DNA of 64,000 nucleotides from a virus. Its lineage: Duplodnaviria > Heunggongvirae > Uroviricota > Caudoviricetes. A program made the translations under genes and the position numbers. The stretch is taken from the IMG/VR virus record IMGVR_UViG_3300017987_000047. One strand, 5' to 3'. Shown here in pieces: positions 28,690 through 39,096 of this stretch (position 1 is its first letter; each line of letters begins with the position of its first letter). A model generated the notes under the pieces. The model was not told where the DNA came from, searched no databases, and was given only the letters and a program-made list of their open reading frames with translations.

Positions 28690-29706
28690 ATGGAAATTAA
28701 ATTCAAGGTAACAGAAAAAGATATTGGGGGTCTGTTACAGAAAGTTTTTGCGAGTAGGAAACCCAAAATACTTCGTTACTGGCGGCTTGAGAGCGAATCG
28801 CAATTTTTGATCCGGAACAATAAAATAATCGCTTCCTTCCCTTTAGCTTGTCAAGTGAATGAAAACTATTACATCTTTAAGCCTTTCCGGGTCATTTTAA
28901 GCGAGCCAGATTACCTTCCCCAAGATGCTACCTACGACAAATCGAAAAGGTCTATAAACCTGGCCCAGTTTTTAACGACAAAGGATGAGGTCGTTCGCAA
29001 AACTGCCCGATACGCTTTAAATAACCCTCCGATAACAGTTGATTGTAAATATGAAAGCCAGTATTTCCATAACGCCGCAGAGATTAAAAAGGCGATTTCG
29101 GGCTTTAGCGGGATTACAGTTAGGAAGAAACAAAAGCGGCGAGCGTTGTCCGACTTTAGAACAATTACTCTGAATTTTAGAAACAGGGTCTTTCTAAAGA
29201 TTAATGTTGATATTAAGAGCACAACAAAGCAAGAACTTTTACAAAGGGTAAAGGAAACAAAAGAAAAAGCAGAGAAAATCTATCCGGTACTTTTGAACAA
29301 AGATGTTCTATTTGAAGAATCCCAGGTAAATGAGGGCCATTATTGGTATGACCTGGCTCCAACTTATTTTTCAAAAGAAGCTGAGATTAAAGGGGTTACA
29401 CGAACAATAAGAACTTCTGTTTTCTTTGATTGTTATGAAATTGTTTTAGATGATATAGCGGGTATCGAATTTCTTTTACACCTACATGATTTAGTTCTAC
29501 CAACACTTCAAGCTTTCTTTAAAAACCAGAAGCAAGAATTTACTCTTCTTCTTGGGAAGGAAGATCTTAGGGTCTCAGCAGTTGACCTTAAAACGCGTAT
29601 TGTCCTGGGAACCTCTATTATAGATATATCCCAACCCGCAGACCTTGTTATCCAGGAATTGGAAGATCGCCTAAACGATTTAGAAACCGCATCTCTCCCG
29701 GTTTAA
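28690..29706 (+). CDS. hypothetical protein
   Basis: 338-aa ORF; FLTTKDEVVRKTAR. Confidence 0.7.
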   Translation: MEIKFKVTEKDIGGLLQKVFASRKPKILRYWRLESESQFLIRNNKIIASFPLACQVNENYYIFKPFRVILSEPDYLPQDATYDKSKRSINLAQFLTTKDEVVRKTARYALNNPPITVDCKYESQYFHNAAEIKKAISGFSGITVRKKQKRRALSDFRTITLNFRNRVFLKINVDIKSTTKQELLQRVKETKEKAEKIYPVLLNKDVLFEESQVNEGHYWYDLAPTYFSKEAEIKGVTRTIRTSVFFDCYEIVLDDIAGIEFLLHLHDLVLPTLQAFFKNQKQEFTLLLGKEDLRVSAVDLKTRIVLGTSIIDISQPADLVIQELEDRLNDLETASLPV

Positions 29707-30819
29707 TTCAGGAACGTGTGCTTCCTTGTTATTCAGAATTGCATAGAGGCGAGAGAGTGGAACTTCATCCTCTATTTCAATTTCTTTATTATACCCGCGT
29801 TTCTTTAGCCATGCCTCTGCTTCTTCTGGGGAAAACTTTTCGAATTTTAATCTCTGTAGAGCACGTCCATCCCGAAGAAACGCAGAATCAATATCATCGA
29901 TATCATCATTTGTGGTAATAAGAAACATACACGAAAGCCCTTGGCCCAAGATCCCGTCTGTAAAGTTTAAGAGGCGGGCCATTCCATAAGTTTCATGGGA
30001 TCCACGAGCTTCCTGTAAAACTGTTCTTGGGCTATCCTCAAGAATAATTAGATTTCCCTTCTTCTCCTCTGGGGGGCCTTTTTCCGAAGGCATGGGCATT
30101 AAGCCCCCCGTTTCATTTTCTAGCAAAACCTCTTGGAGATACATTGGGTCCTTAAAAAATGCTTCTGGATCTATAATAACGTGGGGAGTTACTTTCTTTC
30201 GCCATTCCTGAAGTAGTGCCCGCAAACAATAAGTCTTGCCTGTTCCTGGGGCTCCCATCCAGAAAATCATTTTTCCAACATCCCATGGAGTTTTTAAACC
30301 AAGGAGATGTTTTATCTCAGGCTCGACTGCTGGATAATTTGCACTAATCTCATCGAAAATGGGGCATTGGATCTTCCGGGTGTAGTATGTCGCACCATTT
30401 CTTCCACGGAACCAAAACTTAACATTAATAGTATCCGCGTCATTATTAACTTCATACTTTTCAAGTAGCTTTTTAACCTCAGTGGAAACCTTAAAAAGTA
30501 ATTGCTTGTCTTCGCTGCTTATCTGGATACCAAAACCCATTTTACCACAGTCTAAGAAAAAACAAAACTTTTTATTTTCAATTTTTGTTTCCGCCATTTC
30601 ATAAAAGGGGAGATCATCTTCAAAGCATAGAAAATGAATTTTATGATCGTAGTTGTATCTATCTTTTAAGAATTGAAAAATATCATCATAGTCTTTATTC
30701 TTAAATTCGCCCCTAACGTCAATTCTATTATGGAAACAAACTTTTGGGTTATCGATATAGAATTGTTTTCTGAAAACGTCGGTGAAATCTCCGTTTGCCG
30801 GTAACACTCTTGTTCTCAT
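29680..30819 (-). CDS. AAA+ ATPase
   Basis: Walker A GAPGTGKT, Walker B ILED, LLNFTDG, TTN, DSAFLRDGR arginine finger. Confidence 0.88.
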   Translation of the reverse strand: MRTRVLPANGDFTDVFRKQFYIDNPKVCFHNRIDVRGEFKNKDYDDIFQFLKDRYNYDHKIHFLCFEDDLPFYEMAETKIENKKFCFFLDCGKMGFGIQISSEDKQLLFKVSTEVKKLLEKYEVNNDADTINVKFWFRGRNGATYYTRKIQCPIFDEISANYPAVEPEIKHLLGLKTPWDVGKMIFWMGAPGTGKTYCLRALLQEWRKKVTPHVIIDPEAFFKDPMYLQEVLLENETGGLMPMPSEKGPPEEKKGNLIILEDSPRTVLQEARGSHETYGMARLLNFTDGILGQGLSCMFLITTNDDIDDIDSAFLRDGRALQRLKFEKFSPEEAEAWLKKRGYNKEIEIEDEVPLSRLYAILNNKEAHVPELNRERCGF

Positions 30820-30961
30820 GGTTAAAACTCCTTTTTAATCTATTCTATTTATTATTACTTAGGAGATCCCTCGTAGAACTAAAAAATTCAACCATATATT
30901 AAATTAAGCTCGCCGGGTACCTATGGAGTACCGCATTCCATCCATGTTAAGGAGAAACCAA

Positions 30962-31984
30962 ATGCGCATCGAACGTTGGACTGTTAAGGTTGTTGAGGAG
31001 CTGGAAGTTTTTGTCATGGTGCAGGATCGGGTCAAAGGAACTACCGACGAGAAGTGGATGACCCATATCGAATTCCGAGCATACGCCGGACTCCCCGAAG
31101 ACCACAAAATACAGGAGAGGGAATCTCATACTATTAACGAAGAGATGCTCGAGAAGGGCGAGCGTGTCCTTAACGATGAGGAAAACGAAAGGGTCAAGGC
31201 GAGAAGAGAGGTTGAGAAGCTTCCCAAAGAAGCAATTGAGGCCTACCGAAACCTTTTCCGGGATTGCCGAGATGCCCACGATATCAAAGATACTTATGAG
31301 TCGGAGGCGTTTGCGGAACTTGTTAAGGAATATCCCCCATTCGGCGGATACAAGGACGTGCATCTTGAAGAGCTTGCTGATGACCTAAAGAAGGTTCGCC
31401 GTACCTTCGCAGATGACTTTGACCGCATACAAGTGGCATTGCTGCAAAAAGGAATTTCCGGAACGGCACGGAAAGCCCTAATTGATAATTTACGGCACTC
31501 TTGGACTCACCCCAGCATAAAAGATGCGGTTCTGGTGTATCCGGAGCTAACAGAACTCCTAGAACTCTTTGTCGCGGTGTTGGAAGATCCAGCGAAGCAG
31601 AAGGAAAATAAATGTGAGTGTGATTGTGGAGATGATGGGGAATGCCAAGAAGATTGTGCTTGCGCCGAAAAAGACAGCGCGCCGCAACCAAAGGATTTCT
31701 ACTTTGCCACAAGGGAAAAGGACCAGAAACTTTTTATTACGTGGCGCCAGTATTTCCAAGACAACGAAAAGCCCGCTGAAGATGAGAACTTCGGGTATCC
31801 CGAAGACAAAGGGGATGTGATGGAGGCTCTAATTGATGAGCTGCATTTCCCCTTTAGCCTAACAATCGCAGGAGATGGCGTTTTTAAATGGGAAAAAGCC
31901 ACAGAAGAGGAAGTCCGGGACTTTTTCCTGAAAGCAGGATTTATCCAGCAGAAGGACTTCGATGACAGGTGTGTTGAAGCCTAA
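30962..31984 (+). CDS. hypothetical acidic protein
   Basis: AAGGAG RBS before ATG 30962; Cys-rich patch CECDCG. Confidence 0.7.
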   Translation: MRIERWTVKVVEELEVFVMVQDRVKGTTDEKWMTHIEFRAYAGLPEDHKIQERESHTINEEMLEKGERVLNDEENERVKARREVEKLPKEAIEAYRNLFRDCRDAHDIKDTYESEAFAELVKEYPPFGGYKDVHLEELADDLKKVRRTFADDFDRIQVALLQKGISGTARKALIDNLRHSWTHPSIKDAVLVYPELTELLELFVAVLEDPAKQKENKCECDCGDDGECQEDCACAEKDSAPQPKDFYFATREKDQKLFITWRQYFQDNEKPAEDENFGYPEDKGDVMEALIDELHFPFSLTIAGDGVFKWEKATEEEVRDFFLKAGFIQQKDFDDRCVEA

Positions 31985-32061
31985 CCAACCATGCAGTGGG
32001 TTAAAAACCACTGCATTCTTTATGCAGTTGCATGGTCTGTGCTTAGACGAAGGACAAACGA

Positions 32062-32964
32062 ATGAGCTTCCAAATCAAGAACCACGTTGCTTCCGTTATC
32101 GAAGACAAGGATTTTTACGAGTTCCTTGTTATAAAATTGCTCCGAGAAAGGGTTCACTACGATAAAAGTAAAGGCCATATGATCCAACTTTATGGTGTAA
32201 AGATTTCAAACTTTAATTTTGAAGTTAGGAATATCTTTCACCCCCGGATTATTTCTTATCTCTTAACATTTGATATTTCAAATATCGCTTATAAAATCAA
32301 AGCAGCATCCCGCAAAGATTTTAGGGAAGTCTATGTTCCCGAAATCAAATTAAAAGTAAGTTTCTCTATTGGGTTTGACGAGGAAGAGAAAACTCTTTCT
32401 TATAAGGAAATTGATTATTTTAGCGCAGAAAACCCAAGGAATACCGGGGCTAGTTGGGGTTTTGGACGATACGGGAGACAGAAAAAGGCAATTAAACCAC
32501 TTAAAATTGATAGGAAAGCTGCTTTGACCGATAACGATGTCGGGAAAAGAGTGGTAGCGAAGAAACTAACATCGGCTGATATGCTTTACGAGCTAGTTTT
32601 CACGCGGGAACACACTATCAAAAAGAAGGAAGACTGGATTGTCTTTAATCAAAGAATTTTAGAAGAAATCAACGCCGATTTCCCAGAAGGGAAAATATTG
32701 ACCCCGGAACAAGCGGAAAAAAATAATAGACATTATATGGGCCACTCCCCAGCTACCTTTATTTTCCAGAACAAGGGCAGAATTGTAGCAGAGATTAAAT
32801 GCTATACGTTCAAGGGCATGCTAACGATCAAATTTAATTCCTATATGTCCGATACGAAAGCACATAACTTATATCTTTCCATGTTCGAGCCAAAGCAGGA
32901 AATGCAGCAAGCCGTTAGGAAATTCTACAAAACTCTCATAATTCCCCGGGTTATGGAAGCATAG
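32062..32964 (+). CDS. hypothetical protein
   Basis: 300-aa ORF with AAGGA RBS. Confidence 0.7.
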   Translation: MSFQIKNHVASVIEDKDFYEFLVIKLLRERVHYDKSKGHMIQLYGVKISNFNFEVRNIFHPRIISYLLTFDISNIAYKIKAASRKDFREVYVPEIKLKVSFSIGFDEEEKTLSYKEIDYFSAENPRNTGASWGFGRYGRQKKAIKPLKIDRKAALTDNDVGKRVVAKKLTSADMLYELVFTREHTIKKKEDWIVFNQRILEEINADFPEGKILTPEQAEKNNRHYMGHSPATFIFQNKGRIVAEIKCYTFKGMLTIKFNSYMSDTKAHNLYLSMFEPKQEMQQAVRKFYKTLIIPRVMEA

Positions 32965-33201
32965 GGAAAAAGGGGAAAAGCAGGAACTTATTTTAAGGAA
33001 GGGAACTAAGATGTCTCGGGGTACAGGGCCACGCCAAATCCAAAACGGCTCGCCCCAAAAACTAAATAAGAAGTATAAAGAATAAGCAATAACTCACTTT
33101 ATAACAAAGGAAAATATAATGTTACAAAAATCCCCACCACGACAAAAGCGAACACATAACCTTGGGTTTGGCCGTGTTTCGTTCTTGCCGTGGAGGACCT
33201 A

Positions 33202-33579
33202 ATGAATTTTAATTTCTTGGTACCAAAAGCCCAGAAGCTTTTAACAAAGAATGTCGAGAGCCGTTATCAGCATTTTACTTTTCTTCTGGGCAAGGGAAAT
33301 AAAGTTGTTTGTGTGGGGTGGAACCAAAAAACAACCCACCCAATTGCGGATGCGTATGGGTACGAAAGAAGTATTCATTCTGAAGTTCACTGTATACTAA
33401 AATCAAGACATTTTATTGGAGCAGAGCTTCGAAAATATACAATGGTAAATGTTTTGCTTAGAAAGAAACGAATAAAGATTAGCAAACCCTGCCCCCTTTG
33501 TCAGAACTTTTTACAAGATTTTATGCCTAAAGCCATTTACTACTCTTTGGAGGGTGGCGGTTGGGGGAGATTTAACTAA
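33202..33579 (+). CDS. cytidine/dCMP deaminase-like zinc protein
   Basis: HSE...SKPCPLC (HxE/PCxxC). Confidence 0.75.
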   Translation: MNFNFLVPKAQKLLTKNVESRYQHFTFLLGKGNKVVCVGWNQKTTHPIADAYGYERSIHSEVHCILKSRHFIGAELRKYTMVNVLLRKKRIKISKPCPLCQNFLQDFMPKAIYYSLEGGGWGRFN

Positions 33580-34004
33580 TGCAAGGAAAACTTGATTTAG
33601 CTAAAACGGTTGCTGCGGAAGAGGATGCCCTCTTACAAACAATATTAAAATTGATTTTGTATACTGATGTTGAAGTTGAGCGATTTTCCTTATTAGGTAA
33701 TGGGAAATTTAGCTTCTTCTTAAAGACGAAAGCGGTCGTACTTCATTTTTCTCGAATTGAAGACGATAAATTCAAGATTAAAATAACTACTTCTTCCGGG
33801 ATTACCCGAACGATACTATCAAGTGCGAATGATGTAATTCCAAAACTAAAATCCGTTCTAAACGAAATTAAGCAAACCAAAAATTCTTTCCAATGCCAGA
33901 TATGCGATTGCCCCACAGTTACAATAAAATCGAAAGAAAAATATTATGAGGTAAAATGCCTACATTGTGAACATGTCTGGGACCTAGCCAAAAGTCTCTC
34001 ATAG
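33579..34004 (+). CDS. hypothetical protein with C-terminal CxxC...CxxC
   Basis: CQICDC...CLHCEH. Confidence 0.6.
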   Translation: MQGKLDLAKTVAAEEDALLQTILKLILYTDVEVERFSLLGNGKFSFFLKTKAVVLHFSRIEDDKFKIKITTSSGITRTILSSANDVIPKLKSVLNEIKQTKNSFQCQICDCPTVTIKSKEKYYEVKCLHCEHVWDLAKSLS

Positions 34005-34014
34005 GAGCGATAAA

Positions 34015-34878
34015 ATGGGACGGAAAGTAAAACGCGTACCTCTTGATTTTGATTGGCCACTAAATACCCGTTGGGATGGTTATGTGAATCCTTACGGGGA
34101 ACCCTGTGTCGATTGTAAGGGTTATGGGTATACAAGAGGATATCAATTAATTGAGAAGCTCGCTCAAACCCTTTTATATGGGGCGAACACCTATGTACAA
34201 ATAAAGGAAAATCCTGAAAAACCCGTTGAAGGGGTTCGGTTTTCGTTTGACCACCATTACCGAGCGAGTGATTATATTTGCGATGATTTCGAAGTAGCTG
34301 ATAGAGGGGTTATGCTTTGGAAAGGGATTTTACATAAAACTGGGAAAACTAAGGAAGAGATTTTCCAGGAAGAAGTTATGGATGATACAACCCTTGAGTT
34401 CATCCAAGGTCTTGCCGGGGGGGACTTAAAACAAGATAGAGGAAGAATAGCACTACCCGCCGCAAAGGACGTTATCCACGTTATGTTAGTCTTTGCCAAG
34501 GCCGCCGGCATTATCGACTCCGTGGAAGAAGAGGATAAATTTACAGAGTGGGGAACATGCTCTACCTGTAAAGGAGAGGGCATTGCACCTGATTTTATCA
34601 AGGATTATGAAAGTTGGGCCCCAACGGCACCCCCAAAAGGGAAAGGGTACCAGATTTGGGAAACTGTGTCTGAAGGGTCTCCAATTTCTCCAGTTTTTGA
34701 AAAACCCGAGGACTTGGCACAATGGATGGTTTCTAACGATAGCCGGAAAGCAACTGCCGATATGACGTACGATAATTGGTTGGTTTTTATTACAAAAGGG
34801 CAGGTAGCGCCTACTGCCATTATTTGTAATGGAAAAATGACGTCGGGGACAAAAGCAGTAGCAGAGAAGAAAAAATAA
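34015..34878 (+). CDS. conserved phage hypothetical protein
   Basis: MGRKVKRVPLDFDWP...CxxCxG...PPKGKGYQIWETVSEGSPISPVF resembles a recurrent phage family (from memory). Confidence 0.7.
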   Translation: MGRKVKRVPLDFDWPLNTRWDGYVNPYGEPCVDCKGYGYTRGYQLIEKLAQTLLYGANTYVQIKENPEKPVEGVRFSFDHHYRASDYICDDFEVADRGVMLWKGILHKTGKTKEEIFQEEVMDDTTLEFIQGLAGGDLKQDRGRIALPAAKDVIHVMLVFAKAAGIIDSVEEEDKFTEWGTCSTCKGEGIAPDFIKDYESWAPTAPPKGKGYQIWETVSEGSPISPVFEKPEDLAQWMVSNDSRKATADMTYDNWLVFITKGQVAPTAIICNGKMTSGTKAVAEKKK

Positions 34879-34892
34879 CTTTAGGTAATAGC

Positions 34893-35285
34893 ATGGCTTA
34901 CCGTGTAGTTCGCAAAGTATTGACTATTTGGGGTTGTGGCCACGGTTCATACGAGCGGGCTACCCTGAAAAAGTTTCTTAGAATATGGCTTCCGCATCCT
35001 GTTTTAGGCGATAGTCAACGGCAGCAGTTCCCTTTCCAGAGCCAAGTACGGATTTACAACGACTACATGCCGATAGCGGAATATGCTAAACTGATTAGCA
35101 TGCCAGGGGCGGAATTAGGCTCTATGATCCGTCCCCATGCTTTCTGGGTTGGTCACTTGGACATTTATCCTGAAGACGCCTCAGATTTCCGGTGCCCTAA
35201 GTGCCGGACTTCGACGATCTGTAGCATGCTACTTAAAAATCGTTTGAAGCATGAGAGCTCGCTAAAAGCAGAGGCGAAAAAATAA
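34893..35285 (+). CDS. hypothetical protein
   Basis: 130-aa ORF with GCGH and CPKC. Confidence 0.55.
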   Translation: MAYRVVRKVLTIWGCGHGSYERATLKKFLRIWLPHPVLGDSQRQQFPFQSQVRIYNDYMPIAEYAKLISMPGAELGSMIRPHAFWVGHLDIYPEDASDFRCPKCRTSTICSMLLKNRLKHESSLKAEAKK

Positions 35286-35288
35286 CAT

Positions 35289-35317
35289 TCGTTTAATCTA
35301 GGGATTTCCCTATATAT
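35289..35317 (+). promoter_or_regulatory. bipartite promoter-like motif, copy 3
   Basis: TCGTTTAAT-ctagggat-TTCCCTATATAT. Confidence 0.55.
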
Positions 35318-35366
35318 AAATATAGGGTAATTAGCAATCGCTTTTCACTTTTCCTGGGGAAAACCA

Positions 35367-35657
35367 ATGCGTAACTTTTTGCTGATTTCGAATGGCGATT
35401 ATTTTGGCAGCGATAAAGAAGTTTCAGCTGGGAAAGCAGAATCAGCTTGGGAATTTATCAAAGGAAGTTTCTTCGGGGAGGATAAGGACGCGGTTGAGGA
35501 GTTTCTGGAAGACTCGGGCAGGAAGGATAAAGAAATGAAAGGGATGAGTGATAAAGACCTCGCAAAAACCCTTGAAAACCTGTTTATGGGCGACGGAGAA
35601 GCAACCCGCACTCTTCTGGATATTACTGACCCGAATAACCCCAAAATCCTCGCATAA
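35367..35657 (+). CDS. hypothetical acidic protein
   Basis: 96-aa ORF after promoter-like motif. Confidence 0.65.
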   Translation: MRNFLLISNGDYFGSDKEVSAGKAESAWEFIKGSFFGEDKDAVEEFLEDSGRKDKEMKGMSDKDLAKTLENLFMGDGEATRTLLDITDPNNPKILA

Positions 35658-35660
35658 GCA

Positions 35661-36200
35661 ATGAAACCAGAAACGATCTATGGTTTCCCCCGCTCTTTAA
35701 TCACTTACCAAAAGGGGAGGATTAAGAAGAGCGCAGAGGGGGTCAACCTAACTTTTAAAAAAATTCGTCCTTACCTTTCCTTAAAAACCCAAAGTAACCT
35801 AGAGATCTTTACGAAGGTTAAACAAATTACGTGGAAAAAGGTATGGGTCTTTTTCGTAAAACGAAGACGACGAGAATATTCAAAAACAAAGGTTACGTAT
35901 AAAGAATATGAAAGAGCCTCTATCCTCATTGAAGGAAAAGACGAAAAAGGAATCGTTTACCAATATTGGAGAAAAGAAACGGCCCACCCAGGAGCGGGAC
36001 AGACTCTTTTATATACTGAAGGGCGGAAACCAAAGCAAGCAATGAATATCATTGGAAACTATGCTAACGCCCATATGAAAGTTAAGCGTGCGATTAAAAA
36101 GAACGAGCTAAAGTCTTTATTAACAGACGAAGATAAATTTGTGCGAACATTCGCAAAGGAAGCATTAGGAGAACAAGATGGCGACGAAATACCCGACTGA
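35661..36200 (+). CDS. hypothetical protein
   Basis: 179-aa ORF; C-terminal LLTDEDKFVRTFAK. Confidence 0.65.
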   Translation: MKPETIYGFPRSLITYQKGRIKKSAEGVNLTFKKIRPYLSLKTQSNLEIFTKVKQITWKKVWVFFVKRRRREYSKTKVTYKEYERASILIEGKDEKGIVYQYWRKETAHPGAGQTLLYTEGRKPKQAMNIIGNYANAHMKVKRAIKKNELKSLLTDEDKFVRTFAKEALGEQDGDEIPD

Positions 36201-38202
36201 CCCTACGAAACTGTCTCAGCAGGAAATCGAGGGATTCCTCCAGGAATGGAGCGATTCTTATTATAACACGGAAGACGCTAAATCCATTGCCCCAGATAAT
36301 GTCTATGACCTATTCAAGGACTATTTGGAAGCGCAGTACCCAGACTCGACCTTCTTAAAGGTTGTCGGTGCCCCTGTTAAAGTTTCTGAATGGGAAAAGA
36401 TGGAGCATGAAATCCCTATGGGGAGTCTTGATAAAGTCCACAACGTGGATGATATTAAGGCTTGGTCTAGTTCCATCGGCGCTAAAAATTTCTGGATCAC
36501 TGAAAAGCTAGATGGCATTAGCATTGAACTTCTTTATGACGATGGAAACCTTACAGCAGCCATTACCCGAGGGAATGGTAAAGTAGGGGAAAATATCTTA
36601 GCTAATGTCCAGCGGATGAAGAACGTTAAGCGAAAATTGGCCATTCCTTTTAATGGGACAATCCGAGGCGAGATCATTCTAAGGAAAAGCGAGTTCGCTA
36701 AACTTAGCAGCGATGGGTATTCTAACCCACGAAACGCGGCAAGCGGTATCGCTCGGCGGTACGATGGGACCCAAGCAGAGCACCTTGAAATTCTTTACTA
36801 TGATATTATTGCTTATGATACTGAGCATGAAGACCAGATTACCTCCGAAGCAAGCAAAATCAAATTTATAAAAGGGCTTGGGGTCAAAGCGCTCGAAGGG
36901 GAAGTAGTCGACCTTAAGAAAGCCGATAAAGTCTACGAAGACTATAAAGCAGCAAGACGAGCAAAACTTGATTATGAAATTGACGGCCTAGTTCTAAAAG
37001 TTAATGACCTAGACATTGCCAACAAGATTAACGATACCGCAACAAGCGATAACTCAAACCCGAAAGCCCAAAGGGCTTGGAAATTTGACCAACCAATGGG
37101 GATCTCCAAGCTAAAGAAAATTCTTTGGAGTACGGGAAAAGGTGGAAGTGTAACCCCCGTTGCGTTTTTCGAGCCCATTAGTTTAGCTGGGGCTTCTGTG
37201 CAAATGGCATCAATGCACAATTTAAGCATTGCTGAAGACTTAAACGTGAACACCGGCGATGAAATTATCGTCATTCGCGCGAATGATGTCATTCCACAGG
37301 TGCTTGGAATCCATAAAAAGCATAATAATAAGAAAATTGAAGTTCCTACTGTTTGTGGAGAATGTGGGAAAAACCTACATCTTGAAACTTCCCAGACAAA
37401 AGATCGGGTAATTAAGACGCTTCATTGCATTAACGAGGACTGCCCAAAATTGAAACTTGGGAAAATTATCCGGCTTATCGAGGTCTTTGAAATTAAGGAT
37501 TTTAGCGAGTCTCGGATCCAGGCTTTATATGATGCTGGTTTTGTAAAAGATGCGGCCGATTTGTTTACATTTGACCGCGCCAAGGCAGCAAACCTCGAAG
37601 GCTTTGGAAAACGAATCTTTGATAAATTGGATAAACACCTAGAAGAAAAATCAAAGGTTTCGCTATCGCAGTTTCTTGCGGCTCTAGGAATTCGAACCCT
37701 TGGCCGCCGGCAATGGAAGAAAGTAGTTGATGCTGGGCATGACTCGTGGGATAAGATCGAGACCTTGATGCACCTCCCAGAACAAAATTTCGTAACGGAG
37801 CTTAGCAAAATCAAAGGGCTGGGGGAAGAAATTTGTAAAATGATGTACCAAGGCTTAGTAAAAAATAAAAGCTTTGCATCTAAACTTCTCCAACACCTAA
37901 CGATTAAAAAATCTGGGACTGCTGATGGGAAACTCAGAGGGTTAAACCTTTGCTTTACGGGGTTGCGCAAATTCAACGGAGTTGACCTAGCAAAGCTTAT
38001 TCAAAGCGAGGGTGGGGCAGTTCGGAACTCGGTTAGTAAAAACTTGGATATGCTAATCGTTGCAGATTTAAACTCCGGCAGCTCGAAGATGAAGAAGGCA
38101 AAGGATCAGGGAGTTAAGTGTATTGAAGTGGAAGACTTCTTTAAGCAGTTCGGATTTGAAGCTGAAAAACCCAAAGCAGACGAGGAAGAAGACATCATCT
38201 AG
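36178..38202 (+). CDS. ligA: NAD+-dependent DNA ligase
   Basis: EKLDG, TRGNG, RGE, NPRNAASG, DGLVLK, AWKF, C4 zinc finger, HhH, BRCT. Confidence 0.95.
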   Translation: MATKYPTDPTKLSQQEIEGFLQEWSDSYYNTEDAKSIAPDNVYDLFKDYLEAQYPDSTFLKVVGAPVKVSEWEKMEHEIPMGSLDKVHNVDDIKAWSSSIGAKNFWITEKLDGISIELLYDDGNLTAAITRGNGKVGENILANVQRMKNVKRKLAIPFNGTIRGEIILRKSEFAKLSSDGYSNPRNAASGIARRYDGTQAEHLEILYYDIIAYDTEHEDQITSEASKIKFIKGLGVKALEGEVVDLKKADKVYEDYKAARRAKLDYEIDGLVLKVNDLDIANKINDTATSDNSNPKAQRAWKFDQPMGISKLKKILWSTGKGGSVTPVAFFEPISLAGASVQMASMHNLSIAEDLNVNTGDEIIVIRANDVIPQVLGIHKKHNNKKIEVPTVCGECGKNLHLETSQTKDRVIKTLHCINEDCPKLKLGKIIRLIEVFEIKDFSESRIQALYDAGFVKDAADLFTFDRAKAANLEGFGKRIFDKLDKHLEEKSKVSLSQFLAALGIRTLGRRQWKKVVDAGHDSWDKIETLMHLPEQNFVTELSKIKGLGEEICKMMYQGLVKNKSFASKLLQHLTIKKSGTADGKLRGLNLCFTGLRKFNGVDLAKLIQSEGGAVRNSVSKNLDMLIVADLNSGSSKMKKAKDQGVKCIEVEDFFKQFGFEAEKPKADEEEDII

Positions 38203-38203
38203 A

Positions 38204-38464
38204 ATGACTAAAGAAAAAACAGAAGAACAAATATGTATTACTTGTGGGCAACCAATTCACCCATTGCGACTCAAAGCAATGCCAAACGCAAAGCAATGCG
38301 TCCAATGCGTACGCGGACTGGAAACTAGAAAAGGAGCCCCTCTTGGAGTTATGGTTTATGACCATAAAACCGGAGGACATATGCAAATTGTAAATTCTGA
38401 CCAATTGCTTGAGATGAACCGTATGGACCGTCGAGGAATTCCCCGAAAGAAATTAGAAAGATAA
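38204..38464 (+). CDS. TraR/DksA C4 zinc-finger protein
   Basis: CITCGQPIHPLRLKAMPNAKQCVQC. Confidence 0.85.
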   Translation: MTKEKTEEQICITCGQPIHPLRLKAMPNAKQCVQCVRGLETRKGAPLGVMVYDHKTGGHMQIVNSDQLLEMNRMDRRGIPRKKLER

Positions 38465-38471
38465 ATTTATA

Positions 38472-38714
38472 ATGAAAGACCGAGCAACCGCAGAAGAATA
38501 TTTAGAAAAGGTGCTCTCTAAAGTAACCTTGCCAGAGAAAGCAGATCTGAGAATTTACCAGGACCAGTCTGGGAATTATCGGCTCTCGATTTACTCTCGC
38601 CATAATACAATGGCTATTCAAAAACTCGCCCAAAAATTAGAGACGTTGTTGCCCGGAGGCACAGCAGATTATGACGTAGCAATCTATGGTAAGACTAGGG
38701 TTAAGAAAAAATGA
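38472..38714 (+). CDS. hypothetical protein
   Basis: 80-aa ORF in operon-like run. Confidence 0.55.
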   Translation: MKDRATAEEYLEKVLSKVTLPEKADLRIYQDQSGNYRLSIYSRHNTMAIQKLAQKLETLLPGGTADYDVAIYGKTRVKKK

Positions 38715-39085
38715 AATTAACTTATTGGGGGATAGATGACGCTATCCGTTTTGTTGAGATAGATGATAAGTCTTATGTTATTTACAACACGTCGATTTGT
38801 CGGGTGCACTCCTTTCTAAAGGAAAGTTTTAAGACTTACGACCCAGAATACATCTTAACGATCCGAGCAACCCCAATGGCTCGCTTTTTGGCAGAGCTTG
38901 ATATCCTTGGAGAAACGAGCTGGATTGAGCTTGTAGTTGAGATAAATGAAAGGAACGAGGCAAAGTGGCAATACGAAGAAGAACTCGCGATGATAGCATA
39001 CGAAGCCTCAGCGTGGTTTGGTTCTAAGGGTCCCCCTTATTCCGATAGGGACCGTTTAATTGCTAAACGACCAAAAAGAAGTTAA
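38711..39085 (+). CDS. hypothetical protein
   Basis: 124-aa ORF overlapping previous gene. Confidence 0.55.
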   Translation: MKLTYWGIDDAIRFVEIDDKSYVIYNTSICRVHSFLKESFKTYDPEYILTIRATPMARFLAELDILGETSWIELVVEINERNEAKWQYEEELAMIAYEASAWFGSKGPPYSDRDRLIAKRPKRS

Positions 39086-39096
39086 GATGGCCTCAG

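Noticed and set aside
33030-33176. Long-range inverted repeat CACGCCAAATCCAA / TTGGGTTTGGCCGTG and two tiny ORFs
   Set aside because: The repeat is imperfect and single, with no other support; it could be chance.
7421-38202. Inteins or introns in the ligases, lysS or nadE
   Set aside because: Lengths and motif spacing are normal, with no intein splice motifs or LAGLIDADG segments.
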